Notes: generated by a model from the letters alone, not told the origin. Positions 9,624 to 19,722 are shown, counted from the first letter of the stretch. The stretch is DNA of 64,000 bases from an uncultured Chloroflexia bacterium (GCA_963765765.1 CAVXYC010000007.1:32001-96000), one strand, 5' to 3'. Numbers and translations are program-made.

Positions 9624-9651
9624 CGTTCCGATAACCCCCATTATCGCAACG
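9624..9651 (+). repeat. dif/Xer-like site 3
   Basis: CGTTCCGATAA-CCCCCA-TTATCGCAACG; shares 22 identical bp (TTCGTTCCGATAACCCCCATTA) with site 2. Confidence 0.75.
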
Positions 9652-9795
9652 TGTCGAGCGTGGGCGAGAGCTCGGCGTTCTTGCCTTGAGACCGTGAGCC
9701 AGATGAGCGGCGAGAGAGCCCACCCACGAGGCGCCTTGTTGGCGCGAAGTGGAGGGCCCTTCGTCGAGCTCGGTGGGGCTCGGGCGCGGTCGAGA

Positions 9796-10740
9796 TCAGG
9801 CCGAGAGGGCCTGGGCGGCGCTGCGGATCTTTCCGGGCCATCCCGCGTGATCTCTTCCACGAGCTTGACCACCTGCGGATGCTCCAGACCCGAGACCAGG
9901 AAGGTCCAGCGCCAAGCGTGCAGCGTCTTGGCGCTGATCTCCTGACGCTCGGACTCGGTGAACCCGCGCCCGGTCGCTGCCTTGTAGCGCGTCGATATTC
10001 AGGGCGATCTGCTGCTGCAGCAAGCCATCGATGGCACCACCCAGCTCGAGCACCTCGTCGATCGCTGCCTCGCGCTGCGCCAGCGGCATGTCCTCGACCA
10101 TCTCGGCGATGAGCATCGTGTCGATCTTGGCGTGCTGCGCCTCGTCCAGCCAGTGATGCCGCAGCAGGTCGCGGAACAGATCGTCGAGGTCGGTCTTGTT
10201 CCGGACATGCTCCGTGTAGTGGACCTGCACGAACCACTCGATGATGTTGATCAGGAGCAGCACCGCGAGGTCGGACTTGCTCCGGACCACCTCCGCGACC
10301 GCTTCGCGCCCGGGGATCAGCCCTGGGGTGGCGCCGAACTGCTCGGTGAACAGGTCGATCGAGCGACGGAACATCTCCTGGTGCTTCAGCTCCTCCTCCG
10401 AAAAGCGCAGGAGTGAGCGCTGTCGCACCTCGTCGCCGTAGGGATTCTGCAGAACTTCTTCGGTGACGGTAGGAACGATGAACTCCTCCACGAAGGCAAA
10501 GAGGTGGCAGTACGCGTTGCCCATGATCTGGTTCAGCATGCGCTTCTCATCGTCGTCGAGGCAGGCGATCGCGTCAACACCGCTGAGGCGGTCGGGCAAA
10601 AAGCGCTTCGAGAGATCGAAACGCCGACCGTTGAGGACCTCGTCTTCCTGCCAGGCAACCTTCTTCGAATTCTCGAGCACGTTCCCAAACGTGTAGTTGT
10701 GGGTGACCATCGGGGTCGGTGCCAGTGTGGTGGTTGTCAT
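9796..10740 (-). CDS. Ferritin-like diiron protein (AurF-like oxygenase family)
   Basis: FAFVEEFI, EELKH and HHWLDEAQH ExxH motifs; compensating frameshifts near C-terminus. Confidence 0.75.
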   Translation of the reverse strand: MTTTTLAPTPMVTHNYTFGNVLENSKKVAWQEDEVLNGRRFDLSKRFLPDRLSGVDAIACLDDDEKRMLNQIMGNAYCHLFAFVEEFIVPTVTEEVLQNPYGDEVRQRSLLRFSEEELKHQEMFRRSIDLFTEQFGATPGLIPGREAVAEVVRSKSDLAVLLLINIIEWFVQVHYTEHVRNKTDLDDLFRDLLRHHWLDEAQHAKIDTMLIAEMVEDMPLAQREAAIDEVLELGGAIDGLLQQQIALNIDALQGSDRARVHRVRASGDQRQDAARLALDLPGLGSGASAGGQARGRDHAGWPGKIRSAAQALSA

Positions 10741-11532
10741 GATGTGGATGTCCTTCCCTCGGGCCCGCGGCGCGGGACCGGAATGCGCTCGGTGGTCGTC
10801 ATGCCCTGTGCGATCGAATCGACGGCCGTGGTCGCCGATGAGTGGAGCCTCGCGGCGGGCGTCCAGGCCGTCGCGATGATTTCCTCCGGGATGAAGATCG
10901 GACGGTCCTGCCGGTCGCTCTCTTCGGTGGCGGCTCAACCGTTCGTCACCGTCACTCTAGGGAGCGTCCGTCTCTTACTCGTCCCCCGGCGCGTCCCCTA
11001 CCGTGTCCTTTGCGAGGAATTTCGAAATTGGTCTGGAATTCCTTGGTGAGGACCTTGACATCAAGTGGTTGCCATAGGGCCTGCTCCTTTCTGGCCAGTG
11101 GCCGGTCGCACGAGGTAGAGCCCGCCTTCCGGATTGGCGGCTGGTCGCGTACCTGACCGTGCGGCGCGCCCCGCGGTTCGGTTTTCCACGAGCCAACCCA
11201 GGGAACTCGCGTCCCCGGGGATTCCCTCCACGCGCGGCAAGCCAAGCAACTCCGTGGTCATGTCCGGGCGATCATCCGTCTCGTCGTCGGGCTCGCCCTG
11301 GTAGACGAACGGGACCCGCGATGGACGCAAAGGCGGCGCATGGCACACCGGAACGGCCATCTGGCCCGCGCGCTTCGACGCCGGCCCGCCACATCGGGCG
11401 CGGTTGGTGCGGCGCGGTCTCTCGGCGAGGCCCGAATCGACCGGCCGATGTGGCCCGAACGCGGCGACGAGCGTGCATCCATTTCGGGTCGGCGTCGTCT
11501 ACAGGAGCGAATCCGACCGAAAAGGAGCCACC

Positions 11533-12154
11533 ATGACCACACCGACGACCAGCCAGCCGACCAGAGAGTTGCAGATCGACTTCTTGTTCCTCGATCTCGA
11601 CACCTGCACCCGCTGCCGAGCCACCGATGCGACGTTGCTCGAGGCAATCGAGCGTACCCGCCCCGCTCTCGAGGCCGCCGGTGTGGTGGCCCGCGTGACC
11701 AAGACCCTCGTCTCGAACGAGGCGGCGGCACACGAGCTCGGATTCGTCAGCTCGCCCACGATCCGGTCGATGGCGTCGACATCGCCGACGAGCTGGTCGA
11801 GAGCGCCTGCGACACGTGCAGCGAGGCCTGTGGCTGTCCCGGTGGTGTCGACTCCAGGGACTGGGTCTACCGAGGCGAGCGGAGCACCGAGCCGCCGCTG
11901 GGTCTCATCGTCGAAGCGATCATGCGCCGAGCGCTCGGCGCCGACCCCGCCGGCTAACACACACCAGAGCCGGGACCCCGCCACGTGCCGACGAACCTCC
12001 GCCGGCTATTTCGCGGCTGCGGCGGCTGCCACACCGGCATCCGACTGTTGCCCACCGGGACGTCCAAGCCGACTGCTGCATGCCCGAGGACAAGGCCGCC
12101 TGTTGTGGCAGCGGGGCGGGGTCGTCATCCTGCGGCTGCGGCGCTGGGCACTGA
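11533..12154 (+). CDS. DUF2703-like Cys-rich thioredoxin-fold protein; frameshifted
   Basis: AAAGGAG RBS; IDFLFLDLDTCTRC, FVSSPTIRVDGVDI, ESACDTCSEACGC; C-terminal CC..CC..CGC tail. Confidence 0.75.
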
Positions 12155-12160
12155 AGTATC

Positions 12161-12806
12161 ATGAGTGCCATGATGGCCGCCCCCACGGAGCTGACTGATG
12201 CGCGCAACGAGGCGCTGCAGGCTATGCGCGCGCGACTGCGCGCATTCATTGAGCGCAGGGTCGGGGATCCCGATGTCGCCGAGGATCTCACGCAGGACGT
12301 GTTACTCCGCCTGCTGATGAACGACGACCGCCAGATCGAGAACCCCACAGCATGGCTCTACCGAGTCGCGCGAAATGCGATCATCGACCACTACCGCACT
12401 CGCCGCGACTGGCGTCCGCTTGAGGCCGATGCCCCGACCCCGCCGAGCCTGGCCGAGGACCCGTTTGCCGACGACTCGCAAGAGGCCAACGCGAGCTCGC
12501 GGGATGTCTGCGCTCGCTCGTGGACCAACTCGCCGAGCCCTACCGATCGGCGTTGATCGACGCTGACCTCACCGGACAGACCCAGGCCGAAGCCGCCCGA
12601 TCGGCGGGTGTGAGCGTCTCCGGGATGAAATCGCGGGTGCAACGTGGTCGCCGCTCGCTGCGCCAGCTCCTCACCGAGTGCTGCCGCGTGTACACCGGGC
12701 CCGCGGGCGGAATCAGGGGCTACGAACCGGCGCCGGCTGTGGAGAGTCGCCGCAGGGCGGGGGCGGCGTCCCGGGCCACTGCGGATGCGCGGGCACACCG
12801 CCGTGA
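12161..12806 (+). CDS. sigZ: ECF sigma factor, SigZ-like; frameshifted
   Basis: AEDLTQDV, AWLYRVARNAIIDHYR, SVSGMKSRVQRGR..L..CC. Confidence 0.8.
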
Positions 12807-13093
12807 GCCGAGGGAGCGCCGGCTAGGCCTTCCGGGGTCGAGCACGCCCGAGCGGCGGGATCGTCGGCGAGGCGTTCATCGAGCGCCGGGCGCACCGCCT
12901 GGGATCAAGTCGCGCCGGGGGCGGCTCGATTTGGAACGACTGGCAGCTTGCACCTTCCCAGCGTCGCGCGGTCAACGTGAGCTGCATCCGGAAGGCCATT
13001 CGCTCCTAGGCACCCGGCGTCGATCCGGACTGAGCATCAGGGCCATCGGGCGTGACCGCAACGCCCATCGACCCACCAGAGACTTTTGAAACA

Positions 13094-13121
13094 GGGTCCG
13101 ATAATCCCCATTCTCGGAACT
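13094..13121 (+). repeat. dif/Xer-like site 4
   Basis: GGGTCCGATAA-TCCCCA-TTCTCGGAACT. Confidence 0.7.
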
Positions 13122-13350
13122 ACCCGCCAATGATTCGATCTCGGAGTCGATCTTCGTTGGTTCCAGATGTGGCCCGCGACCGCGGTTATCGGAACCGATT
13201 TGGACCAGACTATAGGGCTTGACAACACCGCTCCTCCGCCGGCCGCCCTGTTCCAGCCACTCCGGAGCGGACCAGGTGCTGTCTCTCCAACGCCACCGTC
13301 ACCTGGAATGGGAGACACGTGGGATATCCCGGCATATCACCGGACAATAC

Positions 13351-13387
13351 GCAAAGCCCCTCCCGGAGTGATCCCGAGGGGCCTTGC
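13351..13387. terminator. Hairpin, possible terminator
   Basis: GCAAAGCCCCTCCCGGA-GTGA-TCCCGAGGGGCCTTGC imperfect stem. Confidence 0.45.
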
Positions 13388-13428
13388 TCGCTCTGGCGGC
13401 GCCTGCGAGGCTCTCGTTCACTACATAG

Positions 13429-13511
13429 GTTTAGTGCCGCGGAGTCAGGCGTTTAGCGTTTGTTCAACAAGCTCTTACTCTGCGTTAAACGGCATGTTAG
13501 GACCAACTCAC
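13429..13511 (+). promoter_or_regulatory. Candidate PHO box (11-bp periodic direct repeats) upstream of phoX
   Basis: GTTTAG (13429), GTTTAG (13451), GTTCAA (13462), TCTTAC (13473), GTTAAA (13484), TGTTAG (13495), ACTCAC (13506), all in one 11-bp phase. Confidence 0.5.
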
Positions 13512-13572
13512 CGTGCATCCATACCCTGGACAGGTCGGCATTCGACCGGCGTGTGAGGAGGGGTACCACAAT

Positions 13573-15520
13573 ATGTCCGGGAAGCAACAAAAGCCGGCAG
13601 CACTCGAGACAACGACGAACACCTTTCACGACATCATGGAGCGGCGGGTCAGCCGCCGCGGCATTCTGCGGGGCACCGCGGCATTGGCCGCCCTGGCGGT
13701 AACCGGGCCAGTCATCGGCAACGCTTCGTCCGCGTCGGCTCAGGGAAGTGTTCAACCGAGCATCGCCGCCCAGCTCGGCGGGCTCACATTCACGCCCGTT
13801 CCACTTGGCACCGCGGATGAGATCGTGACGCCGCCGGGATTCAGATCCAAGCCGCTCCTTCGCTGGGGTGACCCCATTCTCCCCAATGGCGCGGCGTTCG
13901 ATCCGTCGGCTGTGTCGGCGGCGGCGCAGGCTACGCAGTTCGGCTACAACAACGATTTCCTGATGTTCATGCCGCTGCCACAGGGCTCGAACACGCCGCA
14001 TCATGGTCTTCTCTGGGTAAATCACGAGTACACAAATCCGGAGCTGATGTTCGTGGGGTACGACAAGACCAACCCACAACCAAGTCAGGAGATTGTGGAT
14101 GCCGAGCTGGCTGCCCATGGTGGCTCTGTCGTGGAGATCGCCCGCGACGAGCGAGGAGAGTGGGGCATTCGGCAGAGCTCGATGTTGAACCGCCGCATCA
14201 CCGGCATAACGCCAGTCGGATTCACCGGGCCGGTTGCAGGCCACGAGTGGCTCAAGACTAGCGCTGACCCTACAGGTACAACGGCCATGGGCACGCTGAA
14301 CAACTGCGGAGGCGGGCTAGACTCCCTGGGGCACCATCTTGACCGCGGAAGAAAACTTCCATCAGTACTTCTCGAACGTGAGCAACCTGCCAGATACTGA
14401 CCCGCGCAAGGCCGTCCATACTCGCTATCGTCTGCCCGCTGCGGACTCGGAGCGGCACTGGGAGCAGGTCTACGATCGATTCGACGTGTCGAAGGAGCCC
14501 AACGAGCCGTTTCGCTACGGGTATATCGTCGAGATCGATCCCTACAATCCGAATTCAGCCGCACGTAAGCACACAGCGCTCGGCCGTTTCCTCCACGAGG
14601 CGGCTACCACGGTCATCGCGCCAAATGGGAAGGCTGTGGTCTACAGTGGCGATGACGAGCGCTTCGAGTCGGTCTACAAGTTCGTCAGCGCCGGCACGTA
14701 CGATCCGAACAATCGCGCCGCGAACATGAACTTGCTGACCGAGGGCACACTCTACGTGGCCCGCTTCAACGAGGATGGAACTGGCCAATGGCTTCCACTG
14801 GTTTACGGTGAAGGTCCACTGACGGAAGCTAACGGCTTCACGTCACAAGCAGACGTTCTCATCAAGACGCGCCTAGCGGCTGAGCTTGTCGGAGCCACCA
14901 AGATGGACCGACCAGAGGACATCGAGACGAACCCGGTCAATGGCAAGCTCTACATGGCGATGACCAACAATAACCTTCGTGGCCAGGAGGGGCGGCCCGC
15001 GCCTGACCGAGCCAACCCGCGCGCGGACAATCGCTGGGGCCACATCATTGAAGCCACCGAGTCCAACAACGATGCGTCGGCCACGACATTTATGTGGGAC
15101 ATCTTTATGCTCTGCGGCGAGAACACAAACGAGTCCACCTACTTCGCAGGCTACCCAAGGGAGCAGGTGAGCTCGATCAGCGCGCCGGACAACATCACCT
15201 TTGACGCGGCTGGGAACCTCTGGATTGCCACAGACGGGCAACCGTCCGCGATCAAGGCGAATGACGGAATCTACGCGGTTCCCACTTCCGGCCCAGAGCG
15301 CGGATTTGTACGGCAATTCATGTCCGGCGTCCTGGGCGCGGAAATGGCGAGCCTCGCGTTCAATCCTGACAGCACGGCGATCTTCGTATCCGTCCAACAT
15401 CCCGGTGAAGGCGGAACGCTAGAGGCGCCGGTGAGTTGGTGGCCCGATGGTGGCCAGCCGCCCCGTCCAAGCGTCGTGGTCGCCTGGTCCGAGACAGGAA
15501 AGCTGATCGGCGAAGCTTAG
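13573..15520 (+). CDS. phoX: PhoX-family alkaline phosphatase, Tat-exported; one frameshift near 14320
   Basis: SRRGIL Tat signal, QFGYNNDF, LWVNHEY, GTLNNCGGG, AEENF, ALGRFLHE, MDRPED, PDNITFD, VQHPGE. Confidence 0.92.
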
Positions 15521-15587
15521 CTTTCGAGCCCTCTCGTAATATCGACCAGCGGTGAATCGATTGAGGAGAAAGCGGTTGCCTGTGGTG

Positions 15588-15899
15588 CTACTTCCTCCAC
15601 CTCACCATCGGCGGCCCTTCGACGCGCGGGCGTATGAAGCCCATCACATCGCCGAGCCGCACGTGGCTCAGCGTGGGATGCTGAAAGTGTGCGTCCGGAT
15701 TGATCTCGTAGTGCTTGCGCACACCCACCCGTGTGGACGTGAGCATGCCCGCCTCCTCGAGGTCATGAAGGACGGTAATGACCCGGCGTTCGGAGAGTCC
15801 GAGCGCCGCCGTGATCTCCCGGCCAGTAGCGTCCGGCTCCGTCGCCAGGTAGAAAAGAACGTGACCGTGGCTGGTGAGCAATGTAAACTGAGCACCCAT
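15588..15899 (-). CDS. Small winged-helix (MarR/AsnC-like) DNA-binding protein
   Basis: FTLLTSHGHVL..LA..PD...REI...LGLSER.V...L.DL...G...R.G.R..Y. Confidence 0.75.
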   Translation of the reverse strand: MGAQFTLLTSHGHVLFYLATEPDATGREITAALGLSERRVITVLHDLEEAGMLTSTRVGVRKHYEINPDAHFQHPTLSHVRLGDVMGFIRPRVEGPPMVRWRK

Positions 15900-15983
15900 A
15901 CGTACGTCCGCTCCTGCGTCCGCTCCCGCGCACGTCTTGCCAGTAGCCTGATTCTACGCGCAGGTGCACATTGAAATGCACTA

Positions 15984-18179
15984 TTACGATGAGCGATCCG
16001 CCTCAACGATGCTCGTGGCGGCGGTCGACGCTGGCACTTCAGGGCGGTCGACCGGGGCGAGACCAGGCGGAGTCTCCGCCTGCTGACGAGACAAACCGGT
16101 GACTCTCAGGATCTCCGCTTCGTCCAGCGTCTCATGCTCCAGGAGTGCGACCACGAGCGCATCCAAAGCAGGGCGCCGAGAACGAAGCTGGTCCAGGGCT
16201 ATCTGATAGCAGTCATCAAGAATCAGCCGTACCTCCGTGTCCACCATGCGCGCGGTAGCCTCACTGAACGGCCGTGGGCCTGGCATGCCCCACATCTCCG
16301 ATTGGCCGAGATAGCCCTGGTCACGGGGAGCCAGCGTCACCGGACCAAGCCGCTCGCTCATGCCCCATCGCGTCACCATTGAACGTGCCAACGATGTGGC
16401 CACCTCCATGTCATTCTCGGCGCCGGTGGTACGGGTGCCGTAGACCAGCTCCTCCGCTGCGCGACCGCCGAGCGCTCCAACGATGCGGGCCCTGAGGTAC
16501 ACCTCATCGTAGTTGTGTCGGTCGTCCTCAGGACGCTGATACGTCACCCCCAGGGCTTGGCCACGCGGCGTTATAGTGACGCGGTTCACGGGATCGGCAC
16601 CCTTGACCACGAGTCCGAGCACCGTGTGTCCGCCCTCGTGGTAAGCAACCTTCTCCCGGTCGGCCGGGCTCAAGACGAGGTCTCGCGCCGGTCCCAGAAT
16701 CGCCTTCTCGAGGGCATCCATGAAGTCGCGCTGAAAAACGTACTCCGCATTGCGGCGGGCAGCGCCCAACGCGGCCTCATTAACGAGATTCCGCAGATCA
16801 GCGCCCACCAGACCCGGTGTTGCCTTTGCTAACGCCACCAAATCTACGTCTTTGGCGAGAGGAATAGAACGCGTGTGCACACGCAAGATCGCCTCGCGTC
16901 CTGCGCGATCTGGGGGATGGACGATGACACGACGATCGAATCGGCCCGGCCGAAGCAAGGCTGCGTCCAGCACATCGGGGCGGTTGGTCGCCGCCAGAAT
17001 GATGACGCCCTCGCGAGAGCTGAACCCGTCCATCTCCGTGAGGATCTGGTTGAGCGTCTGCTCCTGCTCAGAATGCGCGCCGCTCATGAAACCGCCGCCG
17101 CGCGACCGCCCTATGGCATCCAGCTCATCGATGAAGATAATTGCCGGAGCTGCCTCACGAGCCTGGCGGAACAGATCGCGCACGCGACTGGCGCCAACGC
17201 CCACAACCATTTCCACGAACTCCGATGCGCCCATACTGAAGAACGGTACTTCCGCTTCGCCTGCCACTGCGCGAGCTAACAGCGTCTTCCCAGTACCCGG
17301 CGGTCCAACAAGCAATACTCCCTTGGGCGCGACGCCGCCAAGGCGGGTGTACTTGAGCGGGTCCTTGAGGAAGTCAACGATCTCCACAAGCTCCCGCTCG
17401 GCTTCCTCGATCCCAGCCACATCCTGGAACGTGACTTTATCCTGGACCGTATTCTGGTCATAGCGCTTGGCACGGCTCTGGCCGAGACCCATGGCGCCGC
17501 CGAGGCCCGCGGACGCTCGCCGCGAGAGCCAGAGGAACGCCCCAATGAGCAGGATCGTGGGGCCAAAGCTCAGCAACAGGTTCATCCACCAGCTTCGCGG
17601 CTCTTCCAGCGGGCGGGCATTGATGACTACGCCGCCGTCAATCAGAAGGCGCTCCAGTCCTGGGTCCGCGAAGATAGGCAGGTGGGTGGTGAAATCCTTG
17701 TGGGCACCGCTGTCCTGAGCCTCCGTCGGGTTCTTCACCGCCTCACGGAATGTCCCCTGAATCGTGTCGCCGCGCGTGGTGACCTCGATCACGTTTCCGG
17801 CTTCCACCTGTTGCCGAAACAGCGTGTAGGGAATCTCGGGACGGTCGGCCTGGTCAGGAACAACGCGGGCAATGACAAAGTAGTTGAAAAGGAGAAGACC
17901 GAGAAAGAGCATCCAGGAGCGCCGGGCAGAGCTGCCCGGTGGTCGCTTGGAACGATCCCCCTGCTCAGTCGTGGTGCTCGTTGAGCCGCGCCGGAAGAAA
18001 TCAGTAATGGAGCGGCGGCGTTTCGCGGGCTCCGCGCTTCCACCTGGACCAGGTGGCGTGGATGATGCCGTCGTTGGCTCTGCCGGCCTTGGCCCGCCGC
18101 TGCCCGTAGCCGGCAAGGACCTATCCGCGGGCGGTGGCTGGCCGGAAGACTGGTTGTTCGATTCGATATTCACATTCAT
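15984..18179 (-). CDS. ftsH: ATP-dependent zinc metalloprotease FtsH
   Basis: Two TM segments, [30 protein letters not shown]. Confidence 0.97.
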   Translation of the reverse strand: MNVNIESNNQSSGQPPPADRSLPATGSGGPRPAEPTTASSTPPGPGGSAEPAKRRRSITDFFRRGSTSTTTEQGDRSKRPPGSSARRSWMLFLGLLLFNYFVIARVVPDQADRPEIPYTLFRQQVEAGNVIEVTTRGDTIQGTFREAVKNPTEAQDSGAHKDFTTHLPIFADPGLERLLIDGGVVINARPLEEPRSWWMNLLLSFGPTILLIGAFLWLSRRASAGLGGAMGLGQSRAKRYDQNTVQDKVTFQDVAGIEEAERELVEIVDFLKDPLKYTRLGGVAPKGVLLVGPPGTGKTLLARAVAGEAEVPFFSMGASEFVEMVVGVGASRVRDLFRQAREAAPAIIFIDELDAIGRSRGGGFMSGAHSEQEQTLNQILTEMDGFSSREGVIILAATNRPDVLDAALLRPGRFDRRVIVHPPDRAGREAILRVHTRSIPLAKDVDLVALAKATPGLVGADLRNLVNEAALGAARRNAEYVFQRDFMDALEKAILGPARDLVLSPADREKVAYHEGGHTVLGLVVKGADPVNRVTITPRGQALGVTYQRPEDDRHNYDEVYLRARIVGALGGRAAEELVYGTRTTGAENDMEVATSLARSMVTRWGMSERLGPVTLAPRDQGYLGQSEMWGMPGPRPFSEATARMVDTEVRLILDDCYQIALDQLRSRRPALDALVVALLEHETLDEAEILRVTGLSRQQAETPPGLAPVDRPEVPASTAATSIVEADRSS

Positions 18180-18507
18180 GCTCCGAAAGGTGACTACTGC
18201 ACGGATCAGGCCGTCCGAAGAACGGTTTCGGCGGTCCCGTGAATCGATGTAAAGCCTTGTGATTTATCGATGTCGTGATACTAAGCTCATCATAACCCTG
18301 GTACGGGCGCACCCCTTGCATTTCCGACACGAGAGCAAGACGGGCAGCGCCGGCGAGGAATTTCAATACATCCATCGTCGACGTGCCTTCAACTCACGAT
18401 GCAAGTCGAAAGTCTTGGCGGCGAACTTTCCCACTCAACCGAGACTCCAATTCCCCAATCGGGTGATGGGACGGGCCAGGGAGAGCTGTGCTCGGGTGAA
18501 CATTCGG

Positions 18508-18807
18508 CTAGTCAAAGTCGAACAGATTGCCGAGCCAGCCACGGTTCCGCCGCTGGCCGAAGCGATCGTCATCATCTCGGTCGTCGTCAAAGGGATCGTA
18601 GTTCCGTCGATCCTGAAATCGCTCTCGTTGGGGATTTGGCGAATAGGGTGCGTATTGAGAAGGTTCGGAAAATGCGGCCTCTCGTTCAACGAGCTTATCG
18701 ACCTCACCGCGGTCCAGCCAGACTCCGCGACATTGAGGGCAATAGTCGACTTCCACCCCCTGCCGGTCAGTCATCATCAAGGTGACGTTACAACGCGGGC
18801 ATTGCAT
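18508..18807 (-). CDS. zf-TFIIB-like Zn-ribbon protein
   Basis: MQCPRC...VDYCPQCRGVWLDRGE...WLGNLFDFD; GGAG RBS. Confidence 0.85.
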   Translation of the reverse strand: MQCPRCNVTLMMTDRQGVEVDYCPQCRGVWLDRGEVDKLVEREAAFSEPSQYAPYSPNPQRERFQDRRNYDPFDDDRDDDDRFGQRRNRGWLGNLFDFD

Positions 18808-18925
18808 GCTTCGGTACTCCAGAAATTGAAGGTCAAGATGACACGGAACACGATGGGTCACAAGTGACACTTCCGTGCCTGTAAACGGTCAAGCAGTGAG
18901 CTTGAGACTTGGTCATCACGGGAAC

Positions 18926-18961
18926 AAAAAACCTCCAGCCGATTCAAGAATCAGCCGAAGG
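18926..18961 (-). terminator. Intrinsic terminator (riboswitch expression platform)
   Basis: Minus strand CCTTCGGCTGATT..AATCGGCTGGAGG followed by T6. Confidence 0.8.
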
Positions 18962-19082
18962 TCTTCCAAACCGTCTCCGCATCATGACCGTAGGCCCATA
19001 AGCGGATCTCGATCGACGCCACCGGGCCTACACCCTGTAGGCCGTGCTGACGGTGGCGTCCAATAGAGGTACTCCCCCTCGG
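18955..19082 (-). ncRNA. yybP-ykoY (Mn2+) riboswitch
   Basis: Minus strand CCGAGG-GGGAGTA-CC...CACCGTCAGCACGG-hairpin-CCGGTG...GG-AAGA-CCTTCGG; conserved GGGGAGUA, CGUCAnCAC and AAGACC elements. Confidence 0.8.
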
Positions 19083-19155
19083 ATACAAACATCGTATCAG
19101 CGGGCGGTACGGACGTCTACATTTTGTCTGTCTCCCCGGTGTACCGGCACACCGA

Positions 19156-19471
19156 TCAGTCTCTTAGCGTGACCTTGCCAACGTCGCCATTCACCTCGAG
19201 CATCTGGTCGTCGCGCACACAGGTCAGCACACCAGGGATGTTCACGACCGCCGCCTCAACGGTCTCCACCGTCACCGAGCTCAGCCATTCGCCGGGCGAT
19301 CTGTCCGTCGGAGATCACCTGGCGATACACGTCCGAGGTGACGACTCCGCCGCGCGGGACAGGGAAACCAAAGCGATGGAGTCGGCTGAGGTTCCAGCCC
19401 TTCCCGCCGAAACATTCTGGCCCGGCGATCCACGCCTGCTCATAACGAAGTACCGATTGCGGCACGGGCAT
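19156..19471 (-). pseudogene. Internally deleted PEP-synthase/rifampicin-phosphotransferase-like gene
   Basis: N-terminal GGKGWNLSRL..FGFPVPRG joined almost directly to C-terminal AVVNIPG...DQMLEVNGDVGKVTL*. Confidence 0.7.
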
Positions 19472-19559
19472 CCTTGAGAGAGTATGGCGGACCCGTCGGT
19501 GATATCCAATCGACGATACCGCCGCATGCAACGGTAGAGCCGCAGTCATCAAGATCCTT

Positions 19560-19647
19560 GAGCCGTGCACGTGAGTAAGCGGTTCCTCTCACGATATCTC
19601 CGTTCTAGTTGGGCGCGAGAGGAACCACTTACTCACGTGCACGGCTC
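19560..19647. repeat. REP-like 31-bp inverted repeat pair
   Basis: GAGCCGTGCACGTGAGTAAGCGGTTCCTCTC / GAGAGGAACCACTTACTCACGTGCACGGCTC (1 mismatch). Confidence 0.85.
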
Positions 19648-19690
19648 GGAGGAACTTATGAATGTGATCGGAGTCCAGAGTTGTTCGCGG

Positions 19691-19722
19691 GAGGAGCCGC
19701 ACCCTCACGGAGATGCGGCTCT
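19691..19722. repeat. REP-like unit, GAGGAACCGCACCCTCACGGGATGCGGCTCT family
   Basis: Close to copies at 36842-36954 and 55689-55722. Confidence 0.75.

Noticed and set aside
11061-11075. Selenocysteine read-through of ATG GCA ACC ACT TGA TGT
   Set aside because: Read-through product has no redox fold or recognisable motif
13081-13098. GACTTTTGAAACAGGGTC resembling an IS terminal repeat abutting site 4
   Set aside because: No partner inverted repeat or transposase remnant recognised
3900-13121. CRISPR array or classical integron attC sites as explanation for the 28-bp repeats
   Set aside because: Repeats are 1.2-4.4 kb apart with whole genes between and there are no cas genes. They lack the RYYYAAC...GTTRRRY attC structure and no intI is present.
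13394-13420. Possible tRNA 3' fragment (att site), minus strand ...GCAGGCGCCGCCA followed by a hairpin
   Set aside because: No T-loop GTTCRA and no cloverleaf; CCGCCA alone is too weak
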